A stretch of 48,178 bases of DNA from Bacteroidota bacterium (GTDB lineage Bacteria; Bacteroidota; Bacteroidia; Bacteroidales; DYOH01). The stretch lies in the NCBI GenBank assembly GCA_020048155.1, contig JAIFMY010000042.1, forward strand, positions 1 to 48,178, given 5' to 3'. A program made the position numbers and the translations under genes. The notes under the pieces were generated by a model that was not told where the DNA came from, made no database searches, and worked only from the letters and a program-made list of their open reading frames with translations. Positions 1-9,291 of this stretch are shown one piece after another; position 1 is the stretch's first letter; every line of letters starts with the position of its first letter.

Positions 1-729
1 AATTTTTTCAACGCAGTGCTTGAGGTTATGATGAAGATGACCATGTTTGTGATACAATTCACCCCACTTGGTATTATAGGCATAGTATCTGAAGTAATAG
101 CAGCCAATAAGGAGAATCTGGTAAGTCTTGCCGGAAGTCTTGGGGCATATATGGCAACTGTTTTGCTTGCCTTAGCCGTACATTCGCTCATTACGTTGCC
201 TCTGATACTGAGGTATATTGCTAAGGTAGACCTACGTAAGCATTTTAAAGCCATGCAGACCACCTTGCTTACAGCTTTTTCCACAGCATCCTCGGGTGCA
301 GCTTTGCCGCTTACTATACAATGTGTAGAGCAAAACGCTGGGGTATCCAAGAAAATCAGCAATTTCGTTTTGCCGCTTGGTGCTACTGTAAATATGGATG
401 GTACAGCACTCTATGAGTGTGTGGCTGCCATTTTTATTGCCCAAGCTTATGGCATAGAACTTACCTACACCCAAGAAATAATTATAGTATTTACATCATT
501 ATTGGCCTCTATTGGGGCTGCCGCTATTCCCATGGCCGGTTTGGTGATGATGGCCATTGTGCTCAATGCCGTAGGGCTTCCGCTCGAAGGTGTAGGATTG
601 ATATTGGCTGTAGACCGTATACTCGATATGTTCCGTACTATGGTAAATACCTTGAGCGATACTGTAGGTGCTGTAGTAGTGGCACGCTTAGAGGGCGAAG
701 AATTGCTTATTTCACGCGATAAAAAATAG
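1..729 (+). CDS. Dicarboxylate/amino acid:cation symporter (DAACS/GltP family), 5'-truncated by the window edge
   Basis: Motifs AFSTASSGAALP, GATVNMDGTALY, AVDRILDMFRT. The frame is open from base 1, so the true start lies upstream. Confidence 0.92.
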   Translation, partial: NFFNAVLEVMMKMTMFVIQFTPLGIIGIVSEVIAANKENLVSLAGSLGAYMATVLLALAVHSLITLPLILRYIAKVDLRKHFKAMQTTLLTAFSTASSGAALPLTIQCVEQNAGVSKKISNFVLPLGATVNMDGTALYECVAAIFIAQAYGIELTYTQEIIIVFTSLLASIGAAAIPMAGLVMMAIVLNAVGLPLEGVGLILAVDRILDMFRTMVNTLSDTVGAVVVARLEGEELLISRDKK

Positions 730-816
730 TTTTCCAATTATCTAAAAACTATTCCAATGATGATTTCATTTGGAATAGTTTTTTTGCGTATTTACCTGGG
801 TCAATCGCAATTTTAT

Positions 817-1905
817 TCAATAGAAATCGCATTTGTTGGTACGTGCCATGAGAAGATAGTCCGCTACCACAAGTGCGGCCATGGCTTCTACAATAGGCAC
901 TGCGCGTGGTACTACACACGGGTCGTGTCTTCCTTCGGCTTTCAGGGTGGTATCTTGGCCTTTGGTATCTACTGTTTGCTGTTCTATTTTAATGGTGGCC
1001 ACTGGCTTAAATGCAGCACGGAAATAAATATCCATTCCGTTTGATATTCCGCCTTGCACCCCCCCCGAATTGTTGGTACGTGTAAGTATACGCCCATCCT
1101 GATTGTAAAAAGCATCGTTGTGTTCAGAACCTTTTAGCCCAAGTGAGCCAAAACCTGAACCTATCTCAAAGCCTTTCACGGCGTTTATACTCACTATCGC
1201 TTTGGCTAGTTCTGCATGCAATTTGTCGAAAACCGGCTCACCAATACCGGGGGGAACACCTTTTATAACGCAAGAAACGGCACCGCCAATGGTATCGCCG
1301 GCATCGCGCACAGTTTCAATAAGCGCAGTCATTTGGGCTACAAGTTCTGTTTCGGGGCACCTCACATCGTTGCTTTCGGTCATACTCAAGTCTAATTCTG
1401 CGTAGCTCTTGCTCATGTGCACATTGCCAATAGACGATGTATATGCCTGCACGGTAATATCGTAATGTGCCAAAAATTGCTTCGCAATGGCACCGGCCAC
1501 CACACGCGCAGCCGTTTCGCGGGCAGAGGAGCGTCCGCCACCACTTACATCGCGTATTCCGAATTTTTCGTCCCATGTATAGTCAGCATGCGATGGGCGG
1601 TAAGTTTGCTGCATGGCATTGTAGTCAGATGAGCGCTGGTTGGTATTGCGTATCAGAAAACCAATAGGCGTGCCGGTAGTAGTGCCATCAAGCAAGCCGG
1701 ATTGAAATTCCACTGCATCCAATTCGTTTCGTGGGGTAGTGAGGGCCGATTGTCCCGGCCTACGACGAGCCATTTCAGCCTTGATCATGCCCATATCCAG
1801 TTTTATACCACTGGGGCAACCATCAATAATACCGCCAATACTCGGGCCGTGCGATTCGCCAAAAGTTGTAAGCCTGAATATATTTCCTATCGTATTTCCA
1901 GCCAT
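817..1905 (-). CDS. aroC: Chorismate synthase
   Basis: [43 protein letters not shown] signatures. Start placed at ATG 1905; the longer ORF extension overlaps the divergent intergenic region. Confidence 0.97.
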   Translation of the reverse strand: MAGNTIGNIFRLTTFGESHGPSIGGIIDGCPSGIKLDMGMIKAEMARRRPGQSALTTPRNELDAVEFQSGLLDGTTTGTPIGFLIRNTNQRSSDYNAMQQTYRPSHADYTWDEKFGIRDVSGGGRSSARETAARVVAGAIAKQFLAHYDITVQAYTSSIGNVHMSKSYAELDLSMTESNDVRCPETELVAQMTALIETVRDAGDTIGGAVSCVIKGVPPGIGEPVFDKLHAELAKAIVSINAVKGFEIGSGFGSLGLKGSEHNDAFYNQDGRILTRTNNSGGVQGGISNGMDIYFRAAFKPVATIKIEQQTVDTKGQDTTLKAEGRHDPCVVPRAVPIVEAMAALVVADYLLMARTNKCDFY

Positions 1906-2047
1906 ATATTTTCCATTTTCATTTTCAGCAAAATTAATTGTACATTTGATTGCATACTTCAATGCATATGAATTTATTTTGGAAAAAAGTCGATATTGTT
2001 TTTCAACAAGCAAGTTGTAGGAAATAATGACTGATAATAAACATATT

Positions 2048-3409
2048 ATGAAAAAAAAAATATTATATATTCTGGTAACTTTGCTTACCGGAATGCTGCT
2101 GAGCACACAAACTAAAGCCCAATTGGGTTCAGATGATGCAGAGACAGGATGTGGTGCATCGGAATTTTCGCTGGGCTTGCTATTTTCGCCCCCATGGGCT
2201 CAAAATCATGAATATTTGTTCGATATACTTGACAAAGAAGGCTATTACACAACATCAGATTCTCTGGACTATATTGTATATCGGATTCCAATAAAATTAT
2301 TTGTGTATAAGAGGTCAAAAAACCCATTGGTAACAGATGAAGTAATAAAAACCTACATTCAGGAACTGAACCATTATAATTTGTTGAATCGCACCGGAAT
2401 AGTATATTATCTCAATGATAGGCCTGAAATAGAGACCAATGACCGCAAGGCCCGGCTTGGTTATTATTTAGAAGCACCATGGATCTCGCTTTGGAATTAT
2501 GAACGTGGTTGCGTAAATGTGCATATAGCTGAATACATAAACAAAGGAAAAGGTACTGTGCGCGGAACTTATAACTATGCCACTAAATCTGCATTTGTAA
2601 AGGCCAACTCTTCCAGTACATCTCTTGCACACGAAATAGCCCACCATTTCGATTTGCTTCATCCTCACAGGCATTGGAAACGAGGCAAGATGAGACAAGA
2701 AAGTGTTGACCGTAATCGGAAAATTAAATTTTCGCTTTTCAGACATGGAAGAAATTGCGATAACAATGGCGACAAGCTTTGCGATACACAGGCAGAACCA
2801 AATCTGACCAACTTTGTGAACAAGCAGTGCGAGTATACCGGTACCAATACCGATAACTGGGGAGATGCTTACCATCCGGAAACAAACAACATCATGAGTT
2901 ATCCCACTTACAGAGATTGCCGCAACGAGTTTACCCCCTCGCAAATAGCCGTGATGCTTGCTGCTGCTTCCAAAAGCAGACATGCCAGTGGTTGGAAGGT
3001 AAAAAACAAAGGCCAAAACGTGAATCAGCAATTGAATTTCGATTTTAATGAGCCAGACAATACCCTGAAAATGGCTACAGAATTTAAAATGGGTGAAAGA
3101 CAATGGCATAGCTTTCATTCGATATACAAAGGCAAACGAAAAAAATCTGCAGTAGATGTTTGCGATTGGGTAAGGGTGTATATAGCCGACAACAAGCCGG
3201 TTACGCTCAGGCTTGTAAGCGCGCAGGCCGCTATGCCTACTGTAAGTTTGCAGGCTTTCAATTCTTCAGAAAAACTTGTAAGTACGGAGTCTGCCGATGC
3301 TTATACCATCACCATACCTTCAGGTTTCGAAGGCCAGACGGTGTACATCAAAATTACCAACAAATCGAAAAACCCTTATTCAGATTATTACCTGGAATGG
3401 GTTAAGTAA
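2048..3409 (+). CDS. Secreted zinc metalloprotease, metzincin M43 (pappalysin/ulilysin)-like, with C-terminal beta-sandwich domain
   Basis: Signal peptide MKKKILY..TKA; [11 protein letters not shown] zinc motif; GDKLCDT; NIMSY Met-turn; FTPSQIAVM; DFNEPDN motif before the C-terminal domain. Confidence 0.8.
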   Translation: MKKKILYILVTLLTGMLLSTQTKAQLGSDDAETGCGASEFSLGLLFSPPWAQNHEYLFDILDKEGYYTTSDSLDYIVYRIPIKLFVYKRSKNPLVTDEVIKTYIQELNHYNLLNRTGIVYYLNDRPEIETNDRKARLGYYLEAPWISLWNYERGCVNVHIAEYINKGKGTVRGTYNYATKSAFVKANSSSTSLAHEIAHHFDLLHPHRHWKRGKMRQESVDRNRKIKFSLFRHGRNCDNNGDKLCDTQAEPNLTNFVNKQCEYTGTNTDNWGDAYHPETNNIMSYPTYRDCRNEFTPSQIAVMLAAASKSRHASGWKVKNKGQNVNQQLNFDFNEPDNTLKMATEFKMGERQWHSFHSIYKGKRKKSAVDVCDWVRVYIADNKPVTLRLVSAQAAMPTVSLQAFNSSEKLVSTESADAYTITIPSGFEGQTVYIKITNKSKNPYSDYYLEWVK

Positions 3410-3424
3410 TGAAGTCTACGAAGT

Positions 3425-4576
3425 ATGATGAATGCTGAAGCTCATGAAACGCTGCCTTTAGGACTTTATAAGTTGTTGAAGAAATGCATTTCGGATAAAA
3501 TAGAAACGCCGGTATTTGTAACACATCTGGAGCAGGTAAAAAAGAATTTAGATTTCTTTTGCCATACTTTTGGTTTTACGCCAGATGAGGTGTACTATCC
3601 GGTGAAAGTAAATTTTGAACCCCAAATACTTTTATTATTGCACAGCCTTGGCTGCCAATTTGAAATAGCTACATACCAAGAGGCTGAAAAACTTAACCAA
3701 CTAGGCATACCGGCTTCGAAGATGCTGCTGGGGCATCCGGTATGCCCGTTTGACCAGATGCAAAAATTGTATAGGCTTGGTGTAAGGCAGATGGTGATAG
3801 ATAGCCCGCAAGCAATAATAAAGATTGCAAAGTTGGGACGCGATGTGGATGTTCTGATGCGCCTGCAAGTAAGCAACAAAGGCTCTGAATGGTCGCTGGC
3901 AGATAAGTTTGGAGTTCCCGAAATTGACATCTATTATTTATTAGAAAAAGGGATGGATTTTGGATTAAAAATGCATGGTTATTCGTTTCATGTGGGTTGG
4001 AACAATCAGAACCCTGAAACTTGGGTGAAAGCCTTGCAACATGCCTCTACATATTTTCCATTTATCGACGGGAATGGTTATGAAAAAATAATACTCAATG
4101 TAGGGGGCGGATGGCCTGCACATATGGTGCAGCAGAAAGAAATTGCTGCGAACCTTGCCCAGGCTATTTTACCCCAATTTGAATCTTTTAGAAAAAATGG
4201 AGTAAAAATAATTGCAGAACCCGGTTCCTTTCTGGTTGCCAACTGCAGAGCCTTGCTCATGCAGGTAAACGAAATACATTACCGTGGTCTCAACAAATGG
4301 GTTTATATGAATACGGGTATACAACAAGGTTTTCATTGGATAATGGGGGGATTGAAGTATAATATATTTATGCCCGAAGCCGAACCCTATGCCACTGCCA
4401 CCAGGTTTGTCATCACCGGTGCCAGCCAGGATAGCCACGATATTTTCGATGACAGATGTATGTTGCCTTCAAACCTGAAATCGGGCGATTATCTCGCAGT
4501 TTTTCCGGCAGGAGCTTATAACTATACAAGCGGATCTTATGGCGGGCTAAGCATGCCACCCGATATAATTCTGTAA
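3425..4576 (+). CDS. Fold-type III PLP-dependent enzyme of the Orn/Lys/Arg decarboxylase family with non-canonical active site
   Basis: YYPVKVN (PLP lysine), KFG, SFHVG, NVGGG, AEPG, GAY motifs. The GPTCD motif reads GASQD here. Confidence 0.85.
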   Translation: MMNAEAHETLPLGLYKLLKKCISDKIETPVFVTHLEQVKKNLDFFCHTFGFTPDEVYYPVKVNFEPQILLLLHSLGCQFEIATYQEAEKLNQLGIPASKMLLGHPVCPFDQMQKLYRLGVRQMVIDSPQAIIKIAKLGRDVDVLMRLQVSNKGSEWSLADKFGVPEIDIYYLLEKGMDFGLKMHGYSFHVGWNNQNPETWVKALQHASTYFPFIDGNGYEKIILNVGGGWPAHMVQQKEIAANLAQAILPQFESFRKNGVKIIAEPGSFLVANCRALLMQVNEIHYRGLNKWVYMNTGIQQGFHWIMGGLKYNIFMPEAEPYATATRFVITGASQDSHDIFDDRCMLPSNLKSGDYLAVFPAGAYNYTSGSYGGLSMPPDIIL

Positions 4577-4605
4577 CCCTACTTAAAAAAAACTACCTTC
4601 GCGCC

Positions 4606-5919
4606 ATGAAAGCAATGCTAAAGAAAAACTTAGCCAGATACCATACGCTTACCCCTACCGAAAGCAGAACTTTCAGGCTGCATATTGCCTATTCTATCAT
4701 AGAGGGTATCATAGCAGGTGTGGTGATACTCAACGATTTTATATTGCTCAAGAGTTTGCAAGGTACCAAAGTGCAAGTGGCATTTCTGGTACAATCTGCT
4801 TCAATAGTACTTTTGGCGTCTGTAGTATTCAACGAGATGCTAAACCGAAGCCGCAACCGCAAGAAATTGCTCTTATGGGTGGCCATTATGTTCAGAGGGC
4901 CGTTGGTGTTTTTGGCAATGTTTCCGCAAAGCTATGAGCAATTGGGCAATCCGGTCATATGGCAACACTCATTTCTCATCATTTTGTTTATGTACTATTT
5001 GGCTCAGCCCATGATGCTTCCTACCATTTCGCTTTTCCTGAAAAATATATACAGGCATGAGTATTTCGGCCAATTGTATGGTTTTGCTACCATGACCAAT
5101 AAAATAGTGATGCTCGTAGTTACTGCGGTTTTTGGCATAGCGCTCGATGCCGATCATTTTGCTTTTACCAAAATATACCCTGCACTTGGGCTTGCCGGTA
5201 TTTTGTCCATATATCTCATTTCGCGCATTCCATATGTTTCAGCCACAGCCGCAAATATAAAATTGGCCCTGTGGCAATCGGTGAAGAATTTGGTGTTCGA
5301 AATGATTCATATTTTAAAGACGAATGCTCCATTTCGCGATATGCAAATCGGCTTTATGCTTTACGGAATAGCGTTTTTGTTGGCAGAGGCTATGTTGTCA
5401 CTATTTTTACTCAATATTCTCAACTGCAATTTTACAACCGTGGCCTTTTACAAAAATTCATACAATATACTGGCCATATTGTTGTTGCCATTTTTTAGCC
5501 GACTAATAGGCAAGCTCGATCCTCGCCGCTTTGGAGTATTTACTTTTGCATCGCTTGGCTTGTTTTATTTCTTCTTTATGCTTACCGAGTATTTTCCGTA
5601 CCATTTCCAGATTGGAGATATAGCCATATACCCCATGTTGCTCCTCTCATATGTTTTTCATGGCATATTTGCTGCTACCATGAGCCTGTTGTGGTTTATA
5701 GGGTCTGCATATTTTTGCAAACCTACTGAGGCAGGCACATATCAGGCAGTACATACATCGCTTACAGGAGTGAGGGCCATTTTTGCACCGCACATGGGTG
5801 TGTTTTTTCTTGCATATATCAGCTATACAGGTGTTTTTGTCATTGCTATTTTATTTTTGTTATCTGCCATACTCGTATTGCTGGCTTCTATGAAGTTAAA
5901 AAAGGTAATTATTTCTTAA
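4606..5919 (+). CDS. MFS transporter
   Basis: 437 aa with about 12 hydrophobic segments in two halves; LIGKLDPRR loop motif. Confidence 0.8.
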   Translation: MKAMLKKNLARYHTLTPTESRTFRLHIAYSIIEGIIAGVVILNDFILLKSLQGTKVQVAFLVQSASIVLLASVVFNEMLNRSRNRKKLLLWVAIMFRGPLVFLAMFPQSYEQLGNPVIWQHSFLIILFMYYLAQPMMLPTISLFLKNIYRHEYFGQLYGFATMTNKIVMLVVTAVFGIALDADHFAFTKIYPALGLAGILSIYLISRIPYVSATAANIKLALWQSVKNLVFEMIHILKTNAPFRDMQIGFMLYGIAFLLAEAMLSLFLLNILNCNFTTVAFYKNSYNILAILLLPFFSRLIGKLDPRRFGVFTFASLGLFYFFFMLTEYFPYHFQIGDIAIYPMLLLSYVFHGIFAATMSLLWFIGSAYFCKPTEAGTYQAVHTSLTGVRAIFAPHMGVFFLAYISYTGVFVIAILFLLSAILVLLASMKLKKVIIS

Positions 5920-5958
5920 AATATATTTCAATTACTTGTAAGTAAGCATAATATGTCA

Positions 5959-5966
5959 TAGGTTTG
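5959..5966 (+). promoter_or_regulatory. Bacteroidota sigma-A -7 element (TAGGTTTG)
   Basis: Matches TAnnTTTG, about 30 nt before ATG 5995, with TTG about 20 nt upstream. Confidence 0.6.
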
Positions 5967-5994
5967 CTATGCATTCATTAAAATCATACCATTC

Positions 5995-6531
5995 ATGAAA
6001 TCGATTTCACTATTCATATTGTCATTAATTATTTCAAGTACCATCATGGCACAAACAAATTTTCACAGTTTCAAAGCCAAAGACATTGATGGCAATGAAG
6101 TGATGTTAAGCAAATATGCAGGTAAAAAGCTGCTTATAGTAAATGTAGCATCGAAATGCGGTTATACCAAGCAGTACAAAGACTTACAAGAATTGTACAA
6201 TAGTTTTGGAGGCAGCAATTTTGAAATTATTGCCTTTCCTGCCAACGATTTTCTATCACAAGAACCAGGTTCAAACGATGAGATAAAAGCATTTTGTACT
6301 CAGAATTTTGGAGTATCATTTACCATGATGTCTAAAATATCGGTAACAGGAGATAAGATTGATCCAATTTACCAATGGCTCACTCAGAAAAGCCAGAACG
6401 GAGTATTGGATGCACCGGTAAAATGGAATTTTCAGAAGTTCATGATTGATGAGAATGGTAATCTTGTTGATTTTTGTGAACCAAAGGAACTACCCACCAG
6501 TGATAAAATATTGAATTGGCTCAAAAAGTAA
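5995..6531 (+). CDS. Glutathione peroxidase (Cys type, exported)
   Basis: IVNVASKCG, FPANDF..QEPG, WNFQKF. The catalytic codon is TGC (Cys, not Sec). N-terminal signal peptide. Confidence 0.95.
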   Translation: MKSISLFILSLIISSTIMAQTNFHSFKAKDIDGNEVMLSKYAGKKLLIVNVASKCGYTKQYKDLQELYNSFGGSNFEIIAFPANDFLSQEPGSNDEIKAFCTQNFGVSFTMMSKISVTGDKIDPIYQWLTQKSQNGVLDAPVKWNFQKFMIDENGNLVDFCEPKELPTSDKILNWLKK

Positions 6532-6564
6532 GTTTTTCATAGTTCAGGGTTAGATTTATATTTG

Positions 6565-6593
6565 AAAGCTATTGCTACGGCAATAGCTTTTTT
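6565..6593 (+). terminator. Rho-independent terminator
   Basis: AAAGCTATTGC-TACG-GCAATAGCTTT followed by further Ts. Confidence 0.85.
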
Positions 6594-6648
6594 CGTTATA
6601 TATATGGGATTAAAAGCCCAAAGGGTTGTAAATGCGCCTGCGTTAGAC

Positions 6649-6656
6649 TAATTTTG
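6649..6656 (+). promoter_or_regulatory. Sigma-A -7 element (TAATTTTG)
   Basis: TAnnTTTG about 20 nt before ATG 6675, with TTG about 20 nt upstream. Confidence 0.55.
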
Positions 6657-6674
6657 CAAGAATGAACAATAGAA

Positions 6675-9272
6675 ATGTTTATGCCTGAACAATTGTTAGA
6701 AATTGAGTACTGGAAAAGTCTTTATGAAAATAAGGAGTGCCTTGTTGCAGTATTTTCAGATGCTTTATTGGCAAAGTTTCACAATTTAAATGAACCGGCA
6801 GAAAATATTATTTTGTCGGCTGTCTCAGATTTTATACGTCAATATGCCTATAATAAATCTGATCAGCCTGTTTCAGTGGCTTTGCCCGATGGCCGCAATG
6901 CACTTATTTCACAATTACAAACCCCACACGGAAATCTGATTGGCTATAAAGCCGTTGTTTCTGCCAGAAATAAATATCTCATAAGTGAAAGTACCGATGC
7001 TGTTAGTATAGAAACATTATCGAATCTTTATGGAAATATGCCTTACGGTTGTGCTATTTTTGTACACAAAGGTATGCCCTACGATGCCTTTCCGGTTGTT
7101 TTTGTAAACAGAATGTTGCGGAATTTGTTTGAGATTGATATTGCGGATGATGAAGAAATTGACATTTTGCAATTGATGGCAGATATCCCTGAATTTCAGA
7201 ATCATTTGCAGCTGCTTATACATGAAGGCTTGTCGCAGGATTTTTCAACAGAAGTAGATAGGCGGCAAATGCAATTTCGAATAAGTTTGTTGCCACTTGG
7301 CCACCAAAAATATGCATTACTTGTTAGCAATACCACCGCATCGTACCAGATTCTGCAATCGGTTCTGAGTACCCAGAGTTACCTCAAGCAATTATCAGAC
7401 CACATCGATTCACTTTTTTGGTTGAGTAAGTATAGTCCCAACGGCAATATCAGTTTGTTGTGGATCAATACCAAATCTGCGCATTTGCATGCCCTATGCG
7501 ATGCCAATAGCGGCAGCAAACTCATTTGGTTTTCTGAACGTGTATTTCCGACAGACATGCATATTATTCATGATGCCAATTTTGTAAGCGCACCCAATCA
7601 TCTGAACAGAAACCTGACTCTGCGATTATACGATGAGCAAGATAGGCTCAGGTGGTACTGGTTAAATACCTATGCGGTAAACGACAATACTACAGGTGAT
7701 ATACGCATAGCCGGTATAGCTACGGATATAACTCTGCGCGTAGAAGCTGAAGAAAAACTCTACAAGAGCGAAGAGAATCTGTTAGCCATGGTCAATAATT
7801 CGCCACAGGTGTATTTGCTCATAAGCATACAAGGTACTTTACTCAATTTCAATAGCTCAGCTTCGCAGTTCTTTCATAATATCTTTAATTTTAGTCTGTA
7901 CGAAAACGTATCGTTGATGACTTTGCCCGAATTTGAAGAGAAAGATGCCCTGATGGAACATTTTATGCTATGCATAAATAATGAATATCAGCATTTTAAT
8001 ATATCTTTCAAAACAGGAATAGGGATTATATGGCTCGATGTACATATGATGCCGGTATTGGGACGCAATGGGCAGCTTTATGCTATATCTCTGAGCGCTT
8101 TAGATGTAACCGAACGTTACATGTCTGAGAAAATGCTGAAAGAAGCCAAAGAGATGGCCGAACAGGCCGACAAATTGAAATCCGAATTTCTTTCGAATAT
8201 GTCGCATGAATTACGCACACCCATGAATGCCATCATTGGCTTCAGCGAGTTGCTGCGCGATGAAATGAAATCGGAAGAATATACCGAATATCTGAACATC
8301 ATACACGAATCGGGGCAGCAACTGATGGTGCTTCTAAACGATATCATAGATATCTCTAAGATAGAGGCCGGACAACTACAAATACATGAGCATTCGTTCA
8401 ATCTGAATATATTGCTATCGGATTTATACAATTTTTTTGCATCCAATCAGCTACTCAGCAACAATTCTATTGCCTTCACAGTGCACTATGCACTAAGCAA
8501 TATTGATGCACACTTTATGGGCGACGAACAACGAATCAGGCAGATAATCACCAATTTTCTGAGCAATGCTTTTAAGTTCACATCCAAAGGTTCCATCAAG
8601 CTGGGTTATACACTCACCAACCAATTTATACGCATATACGTATCAGATACCGGCCCTGGTCTTACAGCAGTGCAAGAAGGCATTATTTTTGAGCGATTCA
8701 GGCAAGCCGATGGAAGCATAACACGCAATTTTGGAGGCACCGGGCTAGGTTTGGCCATTTGCCGTGGACTGGTTGAGCTCATGCATGGCGAAATAGGAGT
8801 AAATAGTGTGTTGGGTCAAGGCTCAACCTTTTACATTTCAATCCCCCTCAAAACCGTAAACCTTTATAGAACAGATGATTTTGCAATTGAATTTGCAAAC
8901 CTTCCATATAATTGGAATGGCAAGGCCATACTTCTGCTCGATGAAGAAAAAGATAATATTTTATACATAAAAAAAATACTTACTCCCACCCAAATAGAAG
9001 TTCTCAGTGCAGTAAACGGCCATACAGCCATAGAGTTACTAAATTCTGAAAACCAGATTATGGCGGCTATTATAGATAGTAAAATGCACAACTCTAAACC
9101 CGATGAGGTGGCACGGGCTCTTACTATGGTAAGGAAAAATCTGGTTGTCATTTTACAATGCGAGAATACCGAAGTATCGGCTGATAGTAGCTTTGAATAC
9201 CATGCGCAGATAAACAAACCCGTAGACAGAAACCACCTACTGAGGCTCATAAAACTAATGGTGAGGGAGTAA
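6675..9272 (+). CDS. Cytoplasmic PAS-domain hybrid histidine kinase (HisKA-HATPase-REC)
   Basis: H-box FLSNMSHELRTPMN, N-box NFLSNAFKFT, G1 DTGPG, G2 GTGLGL; PAC motifs (IATDIT, ALDVT); divergent C-terminal receiver; no evident TM segment. Confidence 0.92.
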   Translation: MFMPEQLLEIEYWKSLYENKECLVAVFSDALLAKFHNLNEPAENIILSAVSDFIRQYAYNKSDQPVSVALPDGRNALISQLQTPHGNLIGYKAVVSARNKYLISESTDAVSIETLSNLYGNMPYGCAIFVHKGMPYDAFPVVFVNRMLRNLFEIDIADDEEIDILQLMADIPEFQNHLQLLIHEGLSQDFSTEVDRRQMQFRISLLPLGHQKYALLVSNTTASYQILQSVLSTQSYLKQLSDHIDSLFWLSKYSPNGNISLLWINTKSAHLHALCDANSGSKLIWFSERVFPTDMHIIHDANFVSAPNHLNRNLTLRLYDEQDRLRWYWLNTYAVNDNTTGDIRIAGIATDITLRVEAEEKLYKSEENLLAMVNNSPQVYLLISIQGTLLNFNSSASQFFHNIFNFSLYENVSLMTLPEFEEKDALMEHFMLCINNEYQHFNISFKTGIGIIWLDVHMMPVLGRNGQLYAISLSALDVTERYMSEKMLKEAKEMAEQADKLKSEFLSNMSHELRTPMNAIIGFSELLRDEMKSEEYTEYLNIIHESGQQLMVLLNDIIDISKIEAGQLQIHEHSFNLNILLSDLYNFFASNQLLSNNSIAFTVHYALSNIDAHFMGDEQRIRQIITNFLSNAFKFTSKGSIKLGYTLTNQFIRIYVSDTGPGLTAVQEGIIFERFRQADGSITRNFGGTGLGLAICRGLVELMHGEIGVNSVLGQGSTFYISIPLKTVNLYRTDDFAIEFANLPYNWNGKAILLLDEEKDNILYIKKILTPTQIEVLSAVNGHTAIELLNSENQIMAAIIDSKMHNSKPDEVARALTMVRKNLVVILQCENTEVSADSSFEYHAQINKPVDRNHLLRLIKLMVRE

Positions 9273-9291
9273 CATAATCAATCTGAAAATC

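Noticed and set aside
1906-2106. 67-aa N-terminal extension of AroC in the ORF track
   Set aside because: It spans the AT-rich divergent intergenic region and overlaps the opposite gene; the family start MAGN is at 1905.
5995-6531. Possible selenocysteine glutathione peroxidase
   Set aside because: The catalytic codon is TGC and there is no in-frame TGA.
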